A DNA stretch of 64,000 bases. Source: a bacterium. Lineage in GTDB: Bacteria > Patescibacteriota > Saccharimonadia > CAILAD01 > GCA-016700035. The stretch is from assembly GCA_020854115.1 (NCBI GenBank), contig JADZGC010000011.1:5057-69056 (forward strand). Reading direction: 5' to 3'. This document shows, piece by piece, positions 9,588 to 15,951 of the stretch (positions are counted from its first letter, which is position 1; the number at the start of each line of letters is the position of its first letter). The notes under the pieces are model-generated. The model saw only the letters and a list, made by a program, of their open reading frames with translations, was not told the origin of the DNA and made no database searches. A program made the position numbers and the translations under genes.

Positions 9588-9653
9588 GAAATGTACTTTT
9601 TCGGAAATCGTCGCCCGTATGGGCGGCTTTTTCCGAAAAAGTACATTTCTGGT
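9584..9653. repeat. 24-bp perfect inverted repeat overlapping the tRNA-fMet 3' end
   Basis: accagaaatgtactttttcggaaa (9584-9607) / tttccgaaaaagtacatttctggt (9630-9653), inner hairpin gtcgccc-gtat-gggcggc. Confidence 0.9.
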
Positions 9654-9739
9654 GGAGCTGTTGAGACTTCTCTCGAACAAGAACCGAACGATCTGATGCG
9701 CAGGGCTGCGCCGAGAGGCACATTGCGCTCACAGCCCGA

Positions 9740-10395
9740 TCAGCACACGCTCACCGCAGGGTCGACGAACGGTGTTCCCACCAGCGATCCGGAGGTCTGC
9801 CCATTGTTGTAAAACGCGTCTGCAGACACGTAGAAGGTGTCGTTCCACGGGCTCGATGCGATTCGATACCACCATGTGTTGCCGTCCTGGACGCGGAACC
9901 CCTCGACCCGACACCTGATCTGCACGGTCGTGTACGCCGGGATGCTGGGCCCCTGTGTCCCGCCGGCGGTGAGATAGTCGGTCCAGGTCGCTGCATCTCC
10001 ACCGGTGGTCTCGGCGAACGTGCCCGGCGGAGACGGTGCGGCACTTGTGGTCGGTGACACCACCGTGGGCGGTGGGTTGGTAGACGCAGGCGGTCCTCCG
10101 GAGTTCGATGTCGTCGGGGATGGTGGCGGTCGCGGTGGGGCGACTGAGGTTGGCTTGGTGGATTGCGTCTCGCCGAGCGAAGTCGACGGCACGGCCTGCG
10201 TCGTTGAGGGACCGGGGGCGCTCGTCGGCCCAGCGACGACTGCTCCCCGAGACGTCGTCGGACGCGAGACCGGAGGTACCGCGCCGGTAGCCCGGTCCCT
10301 CACGTTCTGCTCTCCGCCGTCCGTAAGTACGAACGACAGGCCGGCGACGAGCAGCACGAACGCGACGGCGGCGAACGCAAACGCACCCCTCGGCC
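9740..10395 (-). pseudogene. probably 5'-truncated actinobacterial-type membrane-anchored protein (TM, Pro/Thr linker, SH3-like C-terminal domain)
   Basis: TM AFAFAAVAFVLLVAG, PST-rich linker, ETTGG..ATWTDY..AGG..GPSI....V.I.C.V.G..V.DGNTWWYRIASSPW; 5' end runs into the opposite-strand ATPase fragment. Confidence 0.6.
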
Positions 10396-10400
10396 TTGAA

Positions 10401-10799
10401 TTTGTGACGGCGAACGACTTGAGCAAGCTCTACGCTCCCTTGACACGTTCCGGACGCATGCGCTCGTTCTACTGGAACCCCGACCCAGGGGAACGGGCAC
10501 TGATCGCGAGCGGCCTCTTCCCTTCGCTTCCGGCCGACGATCTAACCGAGCTCACCAAACACTTTTCCGATCAGCCAATCAGCTTCCTAGCCGATATCGC
10601 GAGCCATCACCTGACCCTTGTGCTGGGCGCTGAGATCGACGCCAACGACTTCCCGACGGTCCTTGCGAATGTGCGTCTCGGAGAGTACGACGACTTTGCC
10701 TCGGGATTGTCACTAGAGCAATTGATCTCAATTGGTGATTCGTATCGCAATTCCTACATCTATCAGAGCTACCTTTCCCTGGAGGGATCCGCATCATGA
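10401..10799 (+). pseudogene. C-terminal half of a Rubisco-activase-like AAA+ ATPase (Walker A/B missing)
   Basis: FVTANDLSKLYAPLTRSGRMRSFYWNP...ERALIASGLF...QPISFL resembles Rca TGNDFSTLYAPLIRDGRMEKFYW.P...QSIDFF. Confidence 0.75.
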
Positions 10800-11353
10800 C
10801 CGCTACCATGACGTACGCCGTCACTGCGTCCGCGACCACGACTCGCCTGCGTGCTATCGAATACCAGATTCGTTACTCGCTCAAGTCGATGGCTCAGATT
10901 GATAGCGACTACCTCGACCGCATAATTAGGGCCATTCGGATGCAGTTCTGTTCCGAAGTTTGGATCTACGCAGTTGATCCATTGAGCGGCGCCTGTGACC
11001 AGGCGGCACGATTGCGACTCGACTGGGAACGACATGAAGCCCTGAACATGGAAACCCCAACCATCGACCTTCGCGAAGCATACTACGGCAAGGAACTCGC
11101 GCCGACGCTTGAGGCGCTGATTGAGAGCTTCCTTGAAGGGCGTCGGCCCAATCATGAGATCGAGGTCCAACTGGGCGACATCATGCCGAAGTTCCGCAGC
11201 AATAAGGAGCTTCTCGATCGCACTCTCAGCGAACTTGGCTTCCGACTCTGTGACGCGCCGCCTTGGGCAGTAGGCGAAGTCGATTCAGAGGACGCCAAAG
11301 TGCTGCGCCTCGAGGAGATGTCTGGAGCACTGTATTGGGTCAAAGCAGGATGA
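10796..11353 (+). CDS. hypothetical protein, HORMA-domain-like
   Basis: GGAGG SD, ATGA overlap with ATPase; 185 aa; Thr-rich N-terminus and helix-helix-beta pattern reminiscent of bacterial HORMA (Cap7-like); fold call is inference. Confidence 0.55.
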   Translation: MTATMTYAVTASATTTRLRAIEYQIRYSLKSMAQIDSDYLDRIIRAIRMQFCSEVWIYAVDPLSGACDQAARLRLDWERHEALNMETPTIDLREAYYGKELAPTLEALIESFLEGRRPNHEIEVQLGDIMPKFRSNKELLDRTLSELGFRLCDAPPWAVGEVDSEDAKVLRLEEMSGALYWVKAG

Positions 11354-11386
11354 CGAGCCTGCTCCCGGGTCAAGCCAGCTGTTCGA

Positions 11387-11431
11387 TTGACATTCTCCGC
11401 GGCTGTGGTACACTATAGAACTATGTTTCGA
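11387..11431 (+). promoter_or_regulatory. sigma70 promoter with an adjacent Gram-positive/actinobacterial-type SOS box
   Basis: TTGACA-N16-TACACT with TG extended -10; TAGAAC-tatg-TTTCGA at 11416-11431 vs consensus TCGAAC-N4-GTTCGA. Confidence 0.5.
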
Positions 11432-11549
11432 GGGCGGCTGCGGCGGCATTTGTAATGCGGATCTGCCGGAGCCGCGCTCGATCACGAAATCGAGACCGGA
11501 AGCACATCTGTGTGCTTTCGAGTAGTTCCGCGGCAGAAGGTGACCGGCC

Positions 11550-11768
11550 ATGGCAGGCTCGTCGCAAGCCGAGCAGTCTCGACGGGAGGTCGCAGTCCCC
11601 CTTGAGAGAATGCTCCACCGAGTTCGATCCGGAGAATCACCTCAAATGGAGGTTGAGACTCTCACGAGCGAACTGTGGGATTTGGCCCACCGGGCGTTTG
11701 GCATCAGCCAGTCTCCAGTCGACTCGTTTCGGGATCGGCTGGAGGAGATCGACGCACGACAGGCCTAG
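11550..11768 (+). CDS. small hypothetical protein or gene fragment (72 aa)
   Basis: AAGGTG SD-like upstream, helical sequence, followed by a hairpin. Confidence 0.45.
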   Translation: MAGSSQAEQSRREVAVPLERMLHRVRSGESPQMEVETLTSELWDLAHRAFGISQSPVDSFRDRLEEIDARQA

Positions 11769-11774
11769 CAGAGG

Positions 11775-11805
11775 GTCCGACGAGTGCATGACGCACTCGT
11801 CGGAC
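11775..11805. terminator. 13-bp perfect GC-rich hairpin between convergent genes
   Basis: gtccgacgagtgc-atgac-gcactcgtcggac. Confidence 0.6.
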
Positions 11806-11895
11806 TCACACTTCCAATTACGGCAGGGCAGACCCTGGGGAGCAGGACGCCGCCAGGCGATCTCGGCGGGGACGGAATCTTGGCGTCAGTCATTT

Positions 11896-12390
11896 TCAGA
11901 TCAGTCCGCGGCGCTCTAGATCGTGCATCTCCCGAAGCAGTGCGACAACAAGCATGATCGCAACTAGCGCGTTGACCTTGGTGTACTGCGTATCGCAGAC
12001 ATGGTGGAGCGATGCGTGGCGGTTGTAGGCATCGGGCACTGCATCCCCGCGATTCGGCCAGAACGTGCCGAGTACCGGAGGAATACAACTCGTGATGAGG
12101 GCCGCCCGGAACATGTCTGAAGCGACTTCGCCAGGGTCCTGCACGAGAGATTCCGCCGCCTCGCGGAGCGTGTCGTATCCCATGTGCGCCTGGAGGATCG
12201 TGGTGACCAGCGCCGCAGCGAGTGCCTGACCCGAGGCGGTGTGGCCGGCTCGAATCGCTCCAGCCGCATCGGACGCGAATGGCACGAGTGGCGAGAAGCC
12301 GCCGGTGACCTCGCCAAGCAACCGATCGCAGGCATCGAGCAAGGGGAGCTCGGCAAGCGCATCGAGCGCCGTATCGCGGCAATCGATGCA
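11896..12390 (-). pseudogene. C-terminal fragment of a HEPN-like (RxxxxH) protein
   Basis: helical domain ending YNRHASLHH...QYTKVNALVAIML; upstream part of the ORF looks like antisense of the + strand gene. Confidence 0.5.
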
Positions 12391-12393
12391 GCC

Positions 12394-12756
12394 ATGGTCA
12401 GTCTGCCGGAGTCGCTCCGCCCGGAGGACGGCTGGGACTACCAGGCGCTTGTGAGCGTCAACGGGGTCTCGGTCGGAGATGGTGACTCGTGGGTCAACCA
12501 CGCCGAACCGTTCGACGAACACTGCGAAGGCCGCGATGCTCAAGTTGTGTACGCCGTTCCGGCTGCCGACGGCGAACTGGTGGCCCTCGCTTACTACAAG
12601 TGGGGCTACTGGAACGTCAACCTCCGCTGGCGCGAGACGACCGACAGCTCGCCTGTCGCGACTCACGCCTCGGAGGAGTCGGCATCCGCCACCGAGCCTG
12701 TTGACATGGAGGACGCCTTGCAACGCCTCCAGGACAGATTCGGTCCGAACCGGTAA
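12394..12756 (+). pseudogene. hypothetical protein, probably a 3' gene fragment
   Basis: globular segment then linker and terminal helix DMEDALQRLQDRFG; fused head-to-head with the HEPN-like fragment. Confidence 0.45.
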
Positions 12757-12770
12757 ACGACTATAACTAT

Positions 12771-13030
12771 CCTTGAACCCAACAAGGTAAAAAATCTTGC
12801 AGGTAACTGCAAGCATGAAGCCTCAAGGTTTTGTGAGGGGAAGCTCATCGCGGTAGGCGAGCTAAAGTGTACGTTCCAATGCAAGGTGGAGTATGGCACA
12901 GAACCGTCCGGTTTCTCTCGAACCCGGGTCTGATCTGAAGAGATAAGACGAAGTTGAGAGATACGCCCCAACCAACGCTTGCCGTCCAGGCAAGCTCCGA
13001 AAGGAGTAAAGATTGGTTGGGGCGTTTTTC
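12771..13030 (+). ncRNA. candidate structured non-coding RNA (~260 nt)
   Basis: series of hairpins with GTAA/GCAA/GAAA loops ending in a 13-bp stem plus T-run; no convincing ORF. Confidence 0.4.
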
Positions 13031-13616
13031 TTTGTCTATCCTTGAGACCCTTTGCGCAAAGTGTGTGTCTCTTTTGCGATTGAGATGTGGTCGGCTTAGC
13101 TGCATCTATCGGATTGCGCGCTCGTGCAGATGACTTTGTCGATCAGGCATTTGATAATACTCTTGCTGGGCACATCGTAAACAGTATGAGTAATATTGAG
13201 GATGTAAATACTGGAGATGCTAACACCGATGGGGTGCCCGACAAGAATCAATCATCGGTCATGTCATTCTTGTTGCAGACACCTGGAACAGGTACTCGCA
13301 TGACGTTTGTTAGCTCCGGTTGCACCGATACGGCATGAGCAGATGCGATTGACGCACACATATTTTGATTATCTCCGTCACAAACGACCACTTGTCGCCG
13401 AAAACCCACGTATACATTACACATTTTGACATCACCTCAGGGTCGTAACCTTCCCAATCTTGCGCTACAAGATCTCATTTGTGATCGAGCGACAAGACAC
13501 GCGATAGGGCTAGATTTGTATCGTCCAATCTGGTATAACTACATAACGTGCAAGAGGGGAAATAGTGCTTCTCCTTTAGTCGTGCCGACAAGTACTTTAC
13601 ACTAAGATAGTCGTAT

Positions 13617-13693
13617 GGCTGCGTAGCTCAGTTGGTTAGAGCAATGGACTCATAAGCCAGAGGTCGGTGGTTCAAATCCACCCGCAGCCACCA
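13617..13693 (+). tRNA. elongator tRNA-Met (CAT)
   Basis: GGCTGCGTAGCTCAGTTGGTTAGAGC...CTCATAA...GGTTCAAATCCACCCGCAGCCACCA. Confidence 0.88.
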
Positions 13694-13706
13694 ACGAGAC
13701 AGCTTT

Positions 13707-13741
13707 AGAACCCCGGTCAATGGAACATTGGTCGGGGTTCT
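13707..13741 (+). terminator. hairpin after tRNA-Met
   Basis: agaaccccggtcaatg-gaa-cattggtcggggttct. Confidence 0.65.
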
Positions 13742-13890
13742 TGAGTTCTCGAACCAGTTCGTCGGCGAGGTCGGCGTGATGGTTATGGGCTGATCGACCG
13801 CTCGAGCTATACAGTTCATTCTGTGTAGCTCATCTTTTCTCGCGTTCCCAACCTGGGGGGTACGAGGATGTTTTTTATGCTTACAGTATA

Positions 13891-13991
13891 TTGACAAAAT
13901 AATATATAAGTAGTAGAGTGATACATTAACTTCGGGTGTTGACGACTTACTAACCATAAGCAAACAGAGCCCGTCCGCCATAAGTTAATGT
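13891..13991 (+). promoter_or_regulatory. sigma70 promoter and structured 5' leader
   Basis: TTGACA-N17-TAGAGT; acattaactt (13923-13932) pairs with aagttaatgt (13982-13991). Confidence 0.5.
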
Positions 13992-14064
13992 TCGTCTTTT
14001 GTCATCTAGGATTAATATATTGAGAGAGGTTAGAATGCGAAACAGGTATACGAAGGGGGGCATC

Positions 14065-15888
14065 ATGAAAAAAGTTTTGGGTTTGGCCGCAGTCATAGCG
14101 CTAGCTGTTGGCGTGCTTGCGCCTGTCTCGACTGAGGCGAGTGCAAATTTGATTGCCAATAATTCGTTTGAGACTGCCTCGGGCAATAGTGCTCCAAACT
14201 GGACTATAGGGACGTGGGGTACAAACACATCCACCGCCAGAATCATGACGTCTGGCTCACAGTCTGGTACGCGGTCTGGGCGCGTTACGATCTCGAGCTA
14301 CACGAACGGCGATGCCAAGTGGCGTTTTAAACCAGTCGTAGTCACTTCGGGCAAAACGTATACATTTAGTAATTGGTATAAGTCCAATGCTGTGACAGAG
14401 CTGGATGCGGAAGTCATTATGCAAGATGGTTCGACGCAGTATCTTTGGCTCGCAACCGTGCCGGCCAGCTCGGCCTGGAAGCAAAATGCGCTGACATTTA
14501 CAGCTCCCGTGAATGCAAAAAAGGTTTCGATTATACATATTTTGTACTCGACCGGATGGCTGCAGACCGACAATTACTCATTGATCGCTCAAGATGCGCC
14601 GTCGCCAACGACGACCGTTACGCCTCCAACTACCACGGTCACACCACCTACCACTACCCCACCCTCTCCGACGGTTGTGCCTCCGACTACCACTGTGCAG
14701 CCACCAGCACCATCGACTAATCTCATACCAAATGCATCAGTCGATGAGGGTGCGGCCAATGTGATTAATGGTTGGCTGGCAGGGTATTGGGGCTCACTGA
14801 CTGCGCAATTCACCACTCCGACGCAAGGTGCGCAATCTGGATCGCGCTATGCGCGAGTTGATGTTATTAACTATACTAGCGGTGATGCGAAATGGCTCAC
14901 ACCGGCAATTACTGTGACTGCTGGCAAAACCTATACATTCTCCAGCTACTATCGAGCCAACGTCTCTACGGCTGTTGACGTTGAAGTAACGTTCAATGAT
15001 GGGAGCGTGCAGTATGGCTGGCTTGGTGACACGCCTGCACAATCGACTTGGACGAAATTTACAGCACATTACCAAGCGCCTGCAAATGTAAAGTCAGTCC
15101 GCTTCTTCCACGTCATCAACAAAAACGGCTGGCTTGAAACCGATACCTATAGCCTAGTCGACTCTACGGCCACAACTCCACCTACTCCGCCTCCTGATCC
15201 TGGACATGCACCATTCTCGCGTCCACTGGTATCGATCGAATTTGATGATGGTTGGGCGAGTGCATATCAGTATGGTCTGCCGGCGGTCGAGAGCTTCGGC
15301 TGGAAGCCGACACAATACATCATCACCAATACTGTTTTGAATAACGACAACTATGGTGGTGCATACATGACCGCGGCACAGGTCAAAGACTGGAATGCTC
15401 GCGGTGATATCGGCAGTCATAGTCTCGACCATAGCCACATACCGACTTTGTCCTATGATCAAATAGTTGCGCAGCTGACTCAAAGTAAGTCATATCTCGA
15501 TAGCCTCCTTGGCGAGCCAACCAGCCTCTATGTGTCGCCTTATTGCGAATCAAGCGCTCAGGTGGTGAGTGTTGCTCGGGCGCTCTATCAGAGCGTACGA
15601 AACTGTGACAGCTACACCAACTATAAGGCGTCGTTTGATCGTTGGAACTTGCATAGCTTTATCATTCTCAGTACAACAACCGATACAGAGATCGTGCAAG
15701 CACTCAATAATGCTAAGGCTACCAATGGCTGGCTGATTCTTGTCTGGCACGAAGTTGCTGGAGATGACCCCTCGAAGCTGTATAGCGTGAGTCAGTCCAA
15801 GCTTCTGCGTCAGCTGCAGCTCGTAAAAGACAGCGGCATTCATGTAACGACTACGCAGGCAGCCCTCAACGAATCGCTGGGGCAGTAA
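14065..15888 (+). CDS. secreted polysaccharide deacetylase (NodB/CE4) with two CBM4/9-like domains
   Basis: signal peptide, two 'NLI.N.S.E' CBM repeats with PT linkers, FDDG and HSLDH motifs. Confidence 0.88.
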   Translation: MKKVLGLAAVIALAVGVLAPVSTEASANLIANNSFETASGNSAPNWTIGTWGTNTSTARIMTSGSQSGTRSGRVTISSYTNGDAKWRFKPVVVTSGKTYTFSNWYKSNAVTELDAEVIMQDGSTQYLWLATVPASSAWKQNALTFTAPVNAKKVSIIHILYSTGWLQTDNYSLIAQDAPSPTTTVTPPTTTVTPPTTTPPSPTVVPPTTTVQPPAPSTNLIPNASVDEGAANVINGWLAGYWGSLTAQFTTPTQGAQSGSRYARVDVINYTSGDAKWLTPAITVTAGKTYTFSSYYRANVSTAVDVEVTFNDGSVQYGWLGDTPAQSTWTKFTAHYQAPANVKSVRFFHVINKNGWLETDTYSLVDSTATTPPTPPPDPGHAPFSRPLVSIEFDDGWASAYQYGLPAVESFGWKPTQYIITNTVLNNDNYGGAYMTAAQVKDWNARGDIGSHSLDHSHIPTLSYDQIVAQLTQSKSYLDSLLGEPTSLYVSPYCESSAQVVSVARALYQSVRNCDSYTNYKASFDRWNLHSFIILSTTTDTEIVQALNNAKATNGWLILVWHEVAGDDPSKLYSVSQSKLLRQLQLVKDSGIHVTTTQAALNESLGQ

Positions 15889-15951
15889 CCACTCATTCTA
15901 ATAGAATAAATACACCCTTTAGTGAGGTGTAGTTTGGTATATACTAATAGC

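Larger units (their letters stand above)
9654..12760. mobile_element. decayed tRNA-linked genomic island, GC-rich mosaic of foreign gene fragments
   Basis: abrupt GC increase by eye after tRNA-fMet; truncated genes; no intact integrase seen; boundaries approximate. Confidence 0.7.

Noticed and set aside
10005-10400. N-terminal two-thirds of the 264-aa + strand ORF
   Set aside because: Gly/Val-rich antisense read of the Pro/Thr linker of the minus-strand gene; only the part from 10401 looks like real protein.
12391-12816. N-terminal part of the 306-aa minus-strand ORF
   Set aside because: Appears to be antisense of the + strand coding fragment and structured non-coding region.
12935-12955. 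Hammerhead ribozyme core (CTGAAGA...CGAAG)
   Set aside because: Lacks GAAA and a proper stem II and stem III.
13087-13338. 83-aa + strand ORF
   Set aside because: No SD or motif; the region looks degenerate on both strands.
12756-13614. Group I intron (ACGACTAT at 12757 complementary to ATAGTCGT before tRNA-Met) or 23S rRNA-like CTATAAC..AAGGTA
   Set aside because: No host gene, splice sites or remaining core elements; short matches compatible with chance.
14605-14715. Repeats resembling a CRISPR or VNTR array
   Set aside because: In-frame Pro/Thr linker codons; no constant repeat with unique spacers. No CRISPR array or cas gene was seen in the window.
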